The notes: a model not told the origin generated them from the sequence alone. Positions 37,999 through 53,062 are shown, numbered from the whole stretch's first letter. The stretch is 63,501 nucleotides of DNA, filler included, from Octopus bimaculoides (GCF_001194135.2; 9 parts of 9 records of this genome joined end to end with filler, not necessarily neighbours in it); one strand, 5' to 3'. Program-made: numbers and translations.

Positions 37999-39388
37999 CT
38001 CAAACTTTATGGAAAAGATGAAGCCTAAGTCAGTCCCCACGTTGATACGGTGTATACCTTCAGTGCTGATATCAGAATGGAGTTATGACTGAGAAAGTGT
38101 GGCGTGTTAGTATTGAAAAGAGTCAAAATCAAATGTATCGATGTACTAACGATACCTTCGGGGGAGGTTATGAATGTACCAAGAAAAAGATGGGAAGAAG
38201 ACATATTGGATGCGAACACAGCGTTAGAGCAGAAGAAAACAACATAGCATGGTATGTAAAAAATGCATGCCACAGATCCGCTGTTATTAGAAGTAAGAAG
38301 GTCAGGCTTGTGTAGGATGATGAAACATTGCAACGATAAAGCACTATACAATTAATTGAAAACGAACGAAACTGAAAATAGGTGGGTCAAGAAAAGAATG
38401 CATGGTCAGTTTCATAGGGATGTTGAAGATACGACAGAGAAAAAAGATGGCTGTGGATGACTAAAAGTGATTTAAAACCGGAAGCGGAGGCTCTGATCTG
38501 TAACGCCCAATTGCAAGCCCTAAGGACAATCTACATAAAATACACAATAGACAACACATCCGAAAGTGATAAGTGCAGAATCTGTGCACAAAATGGTGAA
38601 ACTGTATGGCATATTACCAGCCAATGTACGCCAGTAGCCTAGAAAGAATATAGGAGACGCCACGACAGTATAGCAAGGCTTGTCCATTGGACACTTTGCA
38701 ACAAATATGGACTTGACAGAGCAATATTGGTACGAACATAAACCTGAAGTCATCATCGAAACGGATAATGCAAAGATCCTGTGGTATTTCATGATTCAGT
38801 GCGACCATGAGATAGAGAATAGGAAGCCAGACATAGTCCGAATTGAGAAAGAAAACAAACTATGCTGGATCATAGATATAGCATGCCCAGCTGACAACGT
38901 ATGCGATAAGAAAGAAAGAAAAGCCGATAGATATAACAGTTTGGCTTGCGAAGNNNNNNNNNNNNNNNNNNNNNNNNNNNNNNNNNNNNNNNNNNNNNNN
39001 NNNNNNNNNNNNNNNNNNNNNNNNNNNNNNNNNNNNNNNNNNNNNNNNNNNNNNNNNNNNNNNNNNNNNNNNNNNNNNNNNNNNNNNNNNNNNNNNNNNN
39101 NNNNNNNNNNNNNNNNNNNNNNNNNNNNNNNNNNNNNNNNNNNNNNNNNNNNNNNNNNNNNNNNNNNNNNNNNNNNNNNNNNNNNNNNNNNNNNNNNNNN
39201 NNNNNNNNNNNNNNNNNNNNNNNNNNNNNNNNNNNNNNNNNNNNNNNNNNNNNNNNNNNNNNNNNNNNNNNNNNNNNNNNNNNNNNNNNNNNAACACCCC
39301 CTTATCAGACGGGTAGTATGATGGGTATACCGGGCTTCGTATATTTTACCCCAGTGTCACTTTGATGACACGCCCTGCTCTCTCACTC

Positions 39389-39447
<59 letters not shown>

Positions 39448-39455
39448 TAATAATC
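37999..39455 (+). mobile_element. R4/Dong-clade LINE, internally deleted, spanning a gap
   Basis: KLYGK..FSADIRME..KCGVL, MHGQF, EALICNAQLQAL, CRICAQNGETVWHITSQC, RKPDIV..IIDIACPAD; 3' end ctctctcactc(aat)n shared with the copy at 27895. Confidence 0.88.
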
Positions 39456-40638
39456 CCAGGATGGAATTTGTAAATATTTAATACGATCCGTATTTCAGGG
39501 ATGATTATATTGTAGTCCGTAGTACCCGTTGACATCCGGTTTGTAATCACCATTGATTCATTTCTTCAGGCGATATGACATTAGTAGCTGAACCATAGAG
39601 GGAGATCTTTTCTTTTTACCAGTATGAATTTCAAGCGTAGCCATGCATTAAATATTTGTAAATTCCAGCCTAGGATTATTGTTATTATTATAATATTTAT
39701 CCTACATATACCTATATCGGTGTAACTTGATGCAACCCCGAAAAACTATGCCACTAGTTAGCATCATTAGACGGTGGCCGGCAGGCATAATATAATAGGA
39801 TCTGTATTTTGCATCTTCACAACGTTACCATAAATATATATATATATATATAAGGAGGCAGTTTTGTCTGATAACGCCTTGAAAAAGACTAAAAACTATG
39901 AACCCATACAACCCGAAGAAGGCCACTACCGCAACAATATCAGAACGATCATCCAAGCCAAGAATAACCAATTCCCTCTCTCCAGGGCTCCAAATACTCA
40001 TCAAAAACACTAAATGGGAAATTCCATTGAACCATTCACAACACAAAGCACCCTCCCTCAAACATACAGAAACCCATCTCACCCCATGAATCCTCCACCT
40101 CTTAGTCGTAACGTCTTCGTGAATAACATTTTAGGACAGAAATATAAGAAAAATAAGAACTCCCCACGTCCGAGACACATCTCACATAAAGAAGACTTCG
40201 AACAGGATCAAAGAAGTAGGAACATCTCCCGCTCGAGTCATTTCTTCCACAATAACCACCACGTCCAAGCAGAATATAACCATTACGACAACCCCACACA
40301 GAGTCGACCACAACGAAGAGCCCACAGTAGACCAAGGATCAGTGGAAGGACTATTAACAGGAACATTAATTCCTTATNNNNNNNNNNNNNNNNNNNNNNN
40401 NNNNNNNNNNNNNNNNNNNNNTTAATTAATTAANNNNNNNNNNNNNNNNNNNNNNNNNNNNNNNNNNNNNNNNNNNNTGTATATATACATATATATGTGT
40501 GTGTGTACGTATGTATAAATATAAATATATGTGTAAGCATATATATATATAGATATAGATATACTTATACATACATATTCACATACACACTCACATATAC
40601 ATATGCACAAAGACGTATCTGTATATACATATATACAA

Positions 40639-40686
<48 letters not shown>

Positions 40687-41419
40687 ATATATATATATAT
40701 ATATATACATACATATTACATGTTGTGCGTAGATATGTATATTTTGTCATAAAAAGGTGTCTGTATATGTAATTATATACAGGGAATTCATACTCACGTA
40801 CATCAATATATATATTCGCATGTACGCATACAAGACGTAGAAACATCCCGCCAAACAGATGACACACGCACGCTATACATACATATATGCATACATACAT
40901 ACATCACACATACATATGCACTTATATACATTCATACATGCATACACACACACACTCACACACATATGCATATATACCTGCATGCATGCGTATACGTAGA
41001 TATATTTAGATGTTTATATTCCTGTTTTCTAGATAAAGAATACGTTGTATGCTGATAACACCGTAACAAACTAGTAAAAATGCTATTACATAGATATTAT
41101 CAGGTGAGTGGAAATATCGGAAACCAAATTTGCACTAGATGGCCTCAGGCTGGAACTGAGGAATTTCTGTTGAGTTGCAGTAACTCACAGAACTATTGAA
41201 AACAAAAACGAGACTAACAATACATTCTTGTTAACTATGAGTTTTCAATTAAATGGAAGCCACTGGAGACATGTCATTTAGTTCTTTCAATTCTGTACCT
41301 TGTTTTAACCATTATACCGAAGACTATTCTGGAGCAGCTCTTTAACAGTTGAATTGTAGTATAAATGGCTTGTGAATTCTCTCTTTCTCTCTCTGTTTTT
41401 CTGTCTTTGTGTTATGTTT

Positions 41420-41870
41420 TTCCCTTTACTTGTTTCATTCATTGAACTGCGGCCATGCTGGGTTAACGCCTTGGAGAGCCTGGTTGCATAAATCGACCCC
41501 AGTAATTACGTCTTTTTGTTCTTAAATCGGCCTCTTTTGCAGAACAACTAAATCATGGGAGCGTAAACAAACCAGCACCGATTGCCAAGCGATGGTGGGG
41601 GCAAAGATCAATATAAAGAAGGACAGACAGACAGACAAACAGACAGGCACAAACACACATGCCCACACACACACCACACACACACACACACATGTATATA
41701 TAAGACCGGTTTGCACACAGTTTCCGCCTACCAAATTCACTCACAAAGTATTAACACGACCAGAAGATATAACAGAAAACTTTTGCTGAAGGTGCGCACA
41801 GTGGGATTGAACCCGAAACCACTCGGTTGCAAAGCGAGCTTCTTAACCACACAGCTATACCTGCACCAGT
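41420..41870 (-). mobile_element. SINE family A, diverged full length
   Basis: Tail at 41420, head near 41870. Confidence 0.75.
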
Positions 41871-42329
41871 AATCTGCGCCAGCTATGCCTGTGTCCGCTT
41901 TGCCTACTCTACAAAGTTTTTCAGTCTCTTTTATTCAGTAAGCAATGCTGTACCAAGGGTCATTTTCAGGGCCTTCGAAACTGGTAGAATGTAGGTCCAA
42001 TTTGGTGCTACCCTTTTACAGCTGGATGGTATACGGCATTTGAATCATCTTTTTTTAAAAGAGTAGGCACTGACCATGGCTCTTTGCTGGGCTAGAGGCA
42101 CTAGTGGAGTCTTGGAAGATATACTCAAACCAAAAATCTAATCCAAAATCTTTTTTTTTTTTTGTCAGTCACAAGGAAATGCAACGGCCATGTCTCTTTA
42201 CAGATTATATGTGACCTTGTCCGAATGCTTGCAACAGAGTGGACTGTGCTAAAGGTAGTGAAAATGCCAAGTGATGGTGTTGGCCTGCTTGATGGGTTAA
42301 GACTGACAGCTACGTAGTCCACGGATGGA

Positions 42330-42555
42330 GTTGAACTCAGAACCTAAAGAACTGGAGCAAATACCGTACTACATTCAGTTCGTCGTTCTAACACTTTCAC
42401 CATACCCTGTCAAGGATGGAACCATATTATTTGCAGCTAATTTATAAGATGCAAAGTTGATCTCGACGGAATTTGAACGCAGTACAGTGAGAGTCATCAC
42501 AAATGCCGTAAAGCATTTTATCCGACTCTATAACGACTCTACCAATTCGCCGCCT
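42330..42555 (-). mobile_element. SINE family B fragments
   Basis: ggagttgaactcagaac and cggaatttgaacgcag..ctctaccaattcgccgcc. Confidence 0.6.
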
Positions 42556-42654
42556 GCAAGAGTCTTGGGTTTTGAGAGGCATTTTCGGTGTATAATGCAT
42601 TTCAATATGTGACAATACATACTTACATTGGTATATTTCGCGCACCATATCTCT

Positions 42655-43331
<677 letters not shown>

Positions 43332-44969
43332 TGTTGAACTGATCCTGCCATATTTATCCAGGTGCAATAATAGAAAAACTATACATAGAACTCAATACTG
43401 GATCAGAGTGAACTCGTATATTAATACAGTATTAATGGCTTTGATAATAACTCATTAATGTCAGTTTCCCCAATGAAATTCAAATCTAATTAATTATATT
43501 AGGCAATGTATTGAATACGGTGGATCTTCAAACGGAAACTCGCGTGATTTTATTCGTGCCGCCATATTAAACATGGTGGAATTTTATGTCGTATTCACAA
43601 ACATAACTTAGAGAAGAAAGTGACATCTGGATCATTGTGAAGTGGTTAGTGGTTCCCTTGCGATTGCCAGATGTAATTAAAATTAATAATATTAAATGTA
43701 TATGAATATGAATGCGCACGCGTGTGTGTGTATGTATGTGTGTGTATATATATATATAATGTCTGTATAAATATATACATATGCGTATGTTTGCGTGTAT
43801 GTATGTATGTGTGTTTGTTTGTATGTATGTGTGTTTGTTTGTATGTATGTATATGTGTGTGTGTATGTGTGTGCGTGTGTATACTAGGTATNNNNNNNNN
43901 NNNNNNNNNNNNNNNNNNNNNNNNNNNNNNNNNNNNNNNNNNNNNNNNNNNNNNNNNNNNNNNNNNNNNNNNNNNNNNNNNNNNNNNNNNNNNNNNNNNN
44001 NNNNNNNNNNNNNNNNNNNNNNNNNNNNNNNNNNNNNNNNNNNNNNNNNNNNNNNNNNNNNNNNNNNNNNNNNNNNNNNNNNNNNNNNNNNNNNNNNNNN
44101 NNNNNNNNNNNNNNNNNNNNNNNNNNNNNNNNNNNNNNNNNNNNNNNNNNNNNNNNNNNNNNNNNNNNNNNNNNNNNNNNNNNNNNNNNNNNNNNNNNNN
44201 NNNNNNNNNNNNNNNNNNNNNNNNNNNNNNNNNNNNNNNNNNNNNNNNNNNNNNNNNNNNNNNNNNNNNNNNNNNNNNNNNNNNNNNNNNNNNNNNNNNN
44301 NNNNNNNNNNNNNNNNNNNNNNNNNNNNNNNNNNNNNNNNNNNNNNNNNNNNNNNNNNNNNNNNNNNNNNNNNNNNNNNNNNNNNNNNNNNNNNNNNNNN
44401 NNNNNNNNNNNNNNNNNNNNNNNNNNNNNNNNNNNNNNNNNNNNNNNNNNNNNNNNNNNNNNNNNNNNNNNNNNNNNNNNNNNNNNNNNNNNNNNNNNNN
44501 NNNNNNNNNNNNNNNNNNNNNNNNNNNNNNNNNNNNNNNNNNNNNNNNNNNNNNNNNNNNNNNNNNNNNNNNNNNNNNNNNNNNNNNNNNNNNNNNNNNN
44601 NNNNNNNNNNNNNNNNNNNNNNNNNNNNNNNNNNNNNNNNNNNNNNNNNNNNNNNATATATATATATAATGTTTGTATAAATATATACATATGCGTATGT
44701 TTGCGTGTATGTATGTATGTGTGTTTGTTTGTATGTATGTATATGTGTGTGTGTATGTGTGTGCGTGTGTATACTAGGTATGTTTATGTATATGCACGTG
44801 CGTATGTGTAGATATACAGAGTAAACTAAAGGTCACGACGTCTAAGTGCATATTAGCATCTGTTGGCTTACTCTGGTGACTTCAGCTGTTGCACAAACTG
44901 CATTTTTATGCTTTGTGACTTTTGGATTATCCTTTGCATATATATGTACAAAAATAACTACACATACAT

Positions 44970-44987
44970 GCGTGTATGAATGTATAC

Positions 44988-45020
<33 letters not shown>

Positions 45021-45082
45021 TGTATGTATATTCGTATGTATGTATGTATGTATGTATGTATGCATGCATGTATGTATGTATG

Positions 45083-45113
<31 letters not shown>

Positions 45114-45183
45114 GTATGTATGTATGCATGTATGTGTGCATGTATGTATGTATGTATGTATGTATGTATGTATGTATGTATGT
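44970..45183. repeat. (TATG)n microsatellite running into a gap
   Basis: Directly visible. Confidence 0.95.
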
Positions 45184-47829
45184 NNNNNNNNNNNNNNNNN
45201 NNNNNNNNNNNNNNNNNNNNNNNNNNNNNNNNNNNNNNNNNNNNNNNNNNNNNNNNNNNNNNNNNNNNNNNNNNNNNNNNNNNNNNNNNNNNNNNNNNNN
45301 NNNNNNNNNNNNNNNNNNNNNNNNNNNNNNNNNNNNNNNNNNNNNNNNNNNNNNNNNNNNNNNNNNNNNNNNNNNNNNNNNNNNNNNNNNNNNNNNNNNN
45401 NNNNNNNNNNNNNNNNNNNNNNNNNNNNNNNNNNNNNNNNNNNNNNNNNNNNNNNNNNNNNNNNNNNNNNNNNNNNNNNNNNNNNNNNNNNNNNNNNNNN
45501 NNNNNNNNNNNNNNNNNNNNNNNNNNNNNNNNNNNNNNNNNNNNNNNNNNNNNNNNNNNNNNNNNNNNNNNNNNNNNNNNNNNNNNNNNNNNNNNNNNNN
45601 NNNNNNNNNNNNNNNNNNNNNNNNNNNNNNNNNNNNNNNNNNNNNNNNNNNNNNNNNNNNNNNNNNNNNNNNNNNNNNNNNNNNNNNNNNNNNNNNNNNN
45701 NNNNNNNNNNNNNNNNNNNNNNNNNNNNNNNNNNNNNNNNNNNNNNNNNNNNNNNNNNNNNNNNNNNNNNNNNNNNNNNNNNNNNNNNNNNNNNNNNNNN
45801 NNNNNNNNNNNNNNNNNNNNNNNNNNNNNNNNNNNNNNNNNNNNNNNNNNNNNNNNNNNNNNNNNNNNNNNNNNNNNNNNNNNNNNNNNNNNNNNNNNNN
45901 NNNNNNNNNNNNNNNTATATACATATATATATAGACATATGTATACATATATATATATACACACATATATATATATACATATGTGTGTGCGTGTGTATTC
46001 AGGTATGTATATATAATATATATATGTATGCATATATATGTATATATATGTATATATACATGTGTGTGTGTTTAAATATATATTAATACATTTACATATA
46101 CATATATACAAACATACACCTCAAACTCACTCATATGCATATAAATATGCACAAACATATACATCATACACACACACATATTTATACTTATGTACATCTA
46201 GAATCATACTTTCACACACACGCACGTATACATTCTCATTGACTAATGGCTAGAAATATTTAGCCAGATAAGAATTGACTAGCGGTTATTTTTATGCGGA
46301 ATTCTAGTTTTGTCTTAATACCACGCATGGTTAAGCCACACGTTTATCTCACCAATATCTCTCTCCCATTCTGATATGACATTTATCTCATGATAACACG
46401 CTTCGCTTGTTATGACTATTGTTCTAATAAAGGAGAAGTAAAAAAAAAAAAGTGCGATATCAAGATTAATTGATATCGTATTCTCAACCGTATTTTACAT
46501 TTCAGCTCTTTTTTTTTTCATTTACTTGGTTGCTCTGTGTGTGTGTATGAGTGTATGAATATGTACTTGTGTATATATATAGGTATATATGCGCACGTGT
46601 GTGTGTCTCTGTGTGTGTGTGTGTGTATAGACACAGACCCACACATATATATGCAACGATGAATAGATATATATATGTATTTATGTATGCATGTATACAT
46701 ACACATACCTGCGTGCGCACACATACACGTATATATGTGTACATATATATATATATCTATATCTATATCTATCTATCTATCTATCTATATTACATTCACA
46801 CATTCATGTATATATGTGTATATATGTATGTATATATTTATATATATATATGTATACTCACACATATATATTTATTTATATATATATATATATATACATA
46901 TTTGTGTGTCTGTGTGTGTGTGTTCATGCATGTTTGTGCGTATGTGTGAGTATATGTAATCTATGCATATAACTAGAAAACCTGATTGCGAAGGTGATAT
47001 ATTGTTTCCTTGTATAGAATATACAATAATTAACATTTAGTCGCGTACTTCTAATGATGTTCGACACGAAATCCGTTGAGTGGTGGTAAAGCTTCTGTCA
47101 TGCTAAATCATCGTTAGCAGTTCGATACCAGTTGGGGGATCATATCACTTAATTTCTCTGAACCATAGATTTGCTTCTCCTTATCTGAGTTAATCTGTAG
47201 AGCCAAGGGCTTCACCAAGCTCATATATTTGACACACTCTATGACTATCCATCCTCTAATAGTAACGACCCATTAAACATCACGAATTCGTCTGTATCAA
47301 TCCATTAATTATAATGCGTTATGGACCCATTGATAACAATCGATTAAACACAGAAACAATTGGTAATGATACATTAGCTCTTACATATTATGAACCTATG
47401 AAAAACGACCCATTAACTATTATGAGGATTTTCTGAATGCGTTTTCGACGCTGATTACAAATCGGATTTTGTTTTCCCTTAACTCGTCTACTGTGCGAAA
47501 TATGGTAGTTTTATTTTCTCGGCTTCCTCCGTGTTTAAGCTCTATTGCTGGAATAGTACTTTTCCTTCACATACGCACAGATATTCTAGACATGTTCCAG
47601 AAGACGAGCAGCTGGCATATAGTCACATACAAGCACTCTTCAGTACCTGGTTCGCAAACAAGCTCTCTTCTCTCTCTGTCTTTTCTACTGCTTTTTATGG
47701 CTAGTGCTCTTCGAAGCTGGCAAGACTCATATTGTCTCTATTCAGATTTCCCGTCTTATGGAAGAAAATATTTTATGGAAATTTTTAAAAGCGCCCTTGA
47801 ATATGATTCCCTCTTATAAATTTCGTCTG

Positions 47830-48800
47830 GGGTCGTCACGATGTCACATCCAACATTAGTCATCCATCATAACTTCATACCCTCACCCCGAGTAACGTCT
47901 TTTCATTGGAAGAATAATCAGATGGAAACATTCTCTTTCCTCATTGCTTATCGCGCTAGGTTTTTCTAGAAAGATATCTAGATGATAATGTAAGAGGTTT
48001 ATTTTCACTGACTTACGACATCCGACAACCAGTTTCTGTATTGGCATAAGTAAGGCTCTCAATTACACTACTTCATTCAAATGATTTAATAAGAGTCTTT
48101 AGAAACTTGGAATAACCATTTAGAAACCTGTAAATATTTCAATTCCAGTGCAATGAGGCTTTATCCATATTCAATATCGCTTAAAAATCTCGATTTGCAC
48201 CGCCACCAAATATCTTTCTTGAACTTTGCCACACTAACATATAAGAATTTTAAAAGAAAAGTAATGAAATCTTGAATGTATTTCAGTTATTGTTTTAACA
48301 AAATTTTTAGTTAAACTAAGTTTAATTAGTAGAGATGTGACAGAAATATTTTCTTCAGATCAATCATAGATATATATTTGGCTCTGCTCCTTACTGGGTC
48401 ATATAATACCCTTAATGATCAGTAACATTTAATACATATGGTTCTGTGGCAGCGTAAGTGTCCCATAGCCTTAAGAAAGAACAGTATTTTGTAAATACTG
48501 TTTGCCTGGCAATTATCATGCCAGTAATAGTAAGATCTTCGGCGAGATCACGTTGAGGAATACTGCGTGGAATGATGGCATTAAGCAATAGGATGCCCAT
48601 GTTATCACACGTCACTTTTACGCGTACAGAGTTGAGAATGGGAATGCATGCGAAGCAGTAGAACTGCTTTGAAGCGTCTTTTTGATGAATCAATAAAGAG
48701 GCGCCATTTAAAATTTCGCTTTTCATAGCGACTCCCTTGCACATTTTGGTCAAGTAAATGATCTTCTTTCATCTGGAGTTGAGATGCTCACCATTCGTTT
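47830..48800 (-). pseudogene. Degenerate DNA transposase, Chapaev3 (CMC)-like
   Basis: Collinear motifs WRLFIDSSKRRFKAVLL, FTKYCSFLRLWD, GCRKSVKI, LHYHLDIF...ECFH...MKRRYSG. They resemble the WRLFIDSSKRSLKAVLL / TKYCCFLC.WD / HSHLDFFP..GERFHQDI..MEKRYQG series I recall for Chapaev3; the superfamily name is from memory. Confidence 0.65.
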
Positions 48801-49730
48801 TAGAGACAGCGATAAGTCACATACAAGGCCATGCAAGCACTCTTGAGTGAATAACCTTAGATCTTAGGATCTGTAGGAGGGAACACTCCTACGCTAAATT
48901 CATTTTCACCGTTCTCTATTTCATTATGTCGCATGGATCACCATGCTGTATACAGGTGTTTGGAGGAAATCTTGTGTTCGTTCTTTGTGGAAAACGAAAT
49001 GATATCAACACTATACAAAATAGTGTTCAGCGTGATGAACTCTTTGTTTTCTCCATGTTATAGGTAGAGTAAAACCGCATCAGCGTTTCTTTTTGTTCAA
49101 CGAATCATGTGGTACATTTCAACAAAAACAGATTCAATGTTACATCTACTACTTGTCTTCGTAAAGTGTATATTCTCAAACATAGGTGAACATGCATGAA
49201 GGACTTTTACATTAACGAAGTGTATTGACACATATACTTATATACTTACATGTATACATAAATGCANNNNNNNNNNNNNNNNNNNNNNNNNNNNNNNNNN
49301 NNNNNNNNNNNNNNNNNNNNNNNNNNNNNNNNNNNNNNNNNNNNNNNNNNNNNNNNNNNNNNNNNNNNNNNNNNNNNNNNNNNNNNNNNNNNNNNNNNNN
49401 NNNNNNNNNNNNNNNNNNNNNNNNNNNNNNNNNNNNNNNNNNNNNNNNNNNNNNNNNNNNNNNNNNNNNNNNNNNNNNNNNNNNNNNNNNNNNNNNNNNN
49501 NNNNNNNNNNNNNNNNNNNNNNNNNNNNNNNNNNNNNNNNNNNNNNNNNNNNNNNNNNNNNNNNNNNNNNNNNNNNNNNNNNNNNNNNNNNNNNNNNNNN
49601 NNNNNNNNNNNNNNNNNNNNNNNNNNNNNNNNNNNNNNNNNNNNNNNNNNNNNNNNNNNNNNNNNNNNNNNNNNNNNNNNNNNNNNNNNNNNNNNNNNNN
49701 NNNNNNNNNNNNNNNNNNNNTATATATTAA

Positions 49731-50199
49731 TATTGGATTGTCACGAAAGTAATTTCGTTTTTCGTTTACGGTTGTTTTGAATGACTTTTGTGAATGTTAT
49801 GATTTGTTTTCGTTTTGACATTTGATAGCCGTTACTTTTAACTCACTTTAGAAGCAAATCGCGCGTAATTTTGTTTACAGCTGTTAGTTCAGTTTCAAAT
49901 TTAACATGTGGCACAAAATATTTTGCTTTTCTATTTCCGTAAAGGCAAGAAAGCTGCTGAGGCTCATAAAAAGAAGTTTATGGTGTCGATTTCTTAAGAG
50001 AACGCACATGAAAATAGTTTAAAAATTTCCATTCTGGAGATTTTTCAATCTGAAGTTGATGATCGAATCAGATCTATAATTGAATGTGATTGTCATATGA
50101 AGGTGCGAGAGATTGCAAAAAGGTTAAATGTAACACACACACAACAATTGAAAATGACTTAAAATTGGACTCAAATACGCATTTTTTTTCTCCATAAAC
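49731..50199 (+). mobile_element. Internally deleted mariner fragment (Hsmar1/cecropia-like end)
   Basis: TA-TTGGATTGTCACGAAAGTAATTTCG terminus; translates ILLFYFRKGKKAAEAHK and IRSIIECDCHMKVREIAKRLNVTHTTI. Confidence 0.75.
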
Positions 50200-50299
50200 N
50201 NNNNNNNNNNNNNNNNNNNNNNNNNNNNNNNNNNNNNNNNNNNNNNNNNNNNNNNNNNNNNNNNNNNNNNNNNNNNNNNNNNNNNNNNNNNNNNNNNNN

Positions 50300-50330
<31 letters not shown>

Positions 50331-50579
50331 GGGAGAAAGTGAAAGAGAAAGAGTGAGAGAGAGGAAAAGAGAGAAAGAAGGAAAGGGAGACCGAGAGATG
50401 GAAAGAGAGAGAGGGAGACAGAAAAAGATGGTGGAACAGCGAAAATTAAGGCCTCGACAAAGCCTCACAATCAAGACTAGTAACGTTTCGCAATTGTATT
50501 GAATACGAACTAATGTTATTTAACATGTTTATATAACGATCTCGAACTGGTATTTAAAAAATAATCATTATCACATGTA

Positions 50580-50960
50580 CATTGGGCAGAAGATAATGTT
50601 GATGTTATTGTTGCTGTTGTTGGAGACGTTGTTGTTATTGTTGTTGTTGATGTATGTCTTGTTACCGTTGCTGTATAGTATGGCGGTAGTGATATGCAGG
50701 GGTGGGCTGGTGGGTCGTTTTTGGGAGCTGGGTTAGTGTTGTCTGGTGATGGATGGTGTTGCTGATTGAATGTGCTGGTATGGGCGGAAGTTGTGAATGA
50801 AAGTTTGATAGAGGCGGAAGTGGTAGTGAAAGAGTCTGTAATAGAAATAGTAGCGTCGGTTTGTAGTGTGGATGTGGCAGTGGTGTGGTGTGGTGTGATT
50901 TTGTGGTGTGTAGTGGTATGTTGTGTGTTATGTAGTGTGTGCTGTGGTGCGATAGGGCGC
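50580..50960. repeat. Cryptic G/T-rich low-complexity tract
   Basis: Decayed (GTT/GTG/GTA)n. Confidence 0.7.
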
Positions 50961-52741
50961 CAGTAATTGTGATGCAGAAGACGATAGTGTATGTGTGTGT
51001 ATATATGTATGTAAGTATGGGTATGTATGTATGCATGCCTATGTGTGTATACGTATATACATATTACATAATACATGTATGTATAAGTATACTTACATCT
51101 ATACATACATACACACACATGCATATATACATATACATATGTATGAATGTATGCATGTGTGCGTGTATGTGTGAGTGTGTATATGTGTACACACACACAC
51201 ACACACACANNNNNNNNNNNNNNNNNNNNNNNNNNNNNNNNNNNNNNNNNNNNNNNNNNNNNNNNNNNNNNNNNNNNNNNNNNNNNNNNNNNNNNNNNNN
51301 NNNNNNNNNNNNNNNNNNNNNNNNNNNNNNNNNNNNNNNNNNNNNNNNNNNNNNNNNNNNNNNNNNNNNNNNNNNNNNNNNNNNNNNNNNNNNNNNNNNN
51401 NNNNNNNNNNNNNNNNNNNNNNNNNNNNNNNNNNNNNNNNNNNNNNNNNNNNNNNNNNNNNNNNNNNNNNNNNNNNNNNNNNNNNNNNNNNNNNNNNNNN
51501 NNNNNNNNNNNNNNNNNNNNNNNNNNNNNNNNNNNNNNNNNNNNNNNNNNNNNNNNNNNNNNNNNNNNNNNNNNNNNNNNNNNNNNNNNNNNNNNNNNNN
51601 NNNNNNNNNNNNNNNNNNNNNNNNNNNNNNNNNNNNNNNNNNNNNNNNNNNNNNNNNNNNNNNNNNNNNNNNNNNNNNNNNNNNNNNNNNNNNNNNNNNN
51701 NNNNNNNNNNNNNNNNNNNNNNNNNNNNNNNNNNNNNNNNNNNNNNNNNNNNNNNNNNNNNNNNNNNNNNNNNNNNNNNNNNNNNNNNNNNNNNNNNNNN
51801 NNNNNNNNNNNNNNNNNNNNNNNNNNNNNNNNNNNNNNNNNNNNNNNNNNNNNNNNNNNNNNNNNNNNNNNNNNNNNNNNNNNNNNNNNNNNNNNNNNNN
51901 NNNNNNNNNNNNNNNNNNNNNNNNNNNNNNNNNNNNNNNNNNNNNNNNNNNNNNNNNNCTTTTAATAATGCTTGTTGTTCTTGTTCTTGTTTCATTGTAG
52001 TTTACTCTCGATGATATTGGCATCTGAATGAAAGCGCAATGTAAGATTCACATGGCAATCGGAGGTCGCCATTTTGAAAGCGAACCTTTGTTAACTTGAC
52101 AACAAGGTCAAGGTGAGCTCTGATTGGCTGTATGCAAGTGAGTTCATTACTGGGTCCGGAACTCTCGTGGGTAAAAAATTTCGCTGCCCGGACTTGTACC
52201 TTAGAGGGGAACTTTCTACGTGCATTCATGATTGAAGGGAGTCTGTACCCTTTTATAAAAAAGAGAATTGTTAAAATATTTTGTGACTTATAGAAGTAGA
52301 TCTACTTTATTGTTGATAAATTTTAGCTACAAATCCTTATAAGGAACTTTTAAGGGCCATATTGACCCCAGTTGAAAAACACTGGTGTAGGTGATCTGTG
52401 AGAATGGTCTGAATACATGTGAAGATGCACAGTGTTACAATAATTAGTGTTTGTAGCTCGTTGTAGCTTGATATGAAAAGATTAGGCACCCAGACTGTGG
52501 CGTAGCTAGAGTGTATGCGACTTGTGTCCACATTTGACTCTACCCCCTCCTCCACCTCCTGGCAAACAGACCATATAAAGCTTATGCATTGGCCCAAAAG
52601 TGTCGCCTACATAAAAGCATCACCCGTGGGTAGATCGCTTCCTCACCACCTCCTAGTTAAGCTACAAGACCCAGAGTACGACTGGCATAGACTATGATGG
52701 ATGTAAAGCATTGTTTATACACAATAGTTGTCGTTTCTTTC

Positions 52742-53062
52742 AGGCGGCGAGTTGGCAGAAACGTTAGCACGTTTCTACTTAATCCATGTAATCGACTTAA
52801 TCCCTTTGCCTGTCCTTGTTTGTCTCCTCTATGTTTAGCTCCTTGTGGGCAATAAAGAAATAAGAAACGTTAGCACCCCGGGCGAAATGCTTAGCGGTAT
52901 TTCGTCTGTCTTTACGTTCTGAGTTCGAATTCCGCCGAGGTCGACTTCGCCTTTTATCCATTCGGGGTCAACAAATTAAGTACCAGTTGCGTACTGGGGT
53001 CAATCTAATCGACTGGCCCCCTCCCCCAAAATTTCGGGCCTTGTACCTAGAGTAGAAAAGAA
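52742..53062 (+). mobile_element. SINE family B with a nested variant-tail insertion
   Basis: Insert 52771-52862 flanked by the 14-bp duplication AGAAACGTTAGCAC. Confidence 0.85.

Noticed and set aside
41031-41103. Strong acceptor/donor pair (ttttctag ... CAG|gtgagt)
   Set aside because: Stops in all three frames; at most a non-coding or pseudo-exon.
43745-44783. ~130-150 bp direct repeat on both sides of the 43892-44656 gap
   Set aside because: Near-identical sequence flanking a gap is typical of unmerged overlapping contigs or haplotypes.
52060-52135. GCCATTTT and CCAAT-type motifs suggesting a promoter
   Set aside because: Short motifs with no linked transcript or first exon.
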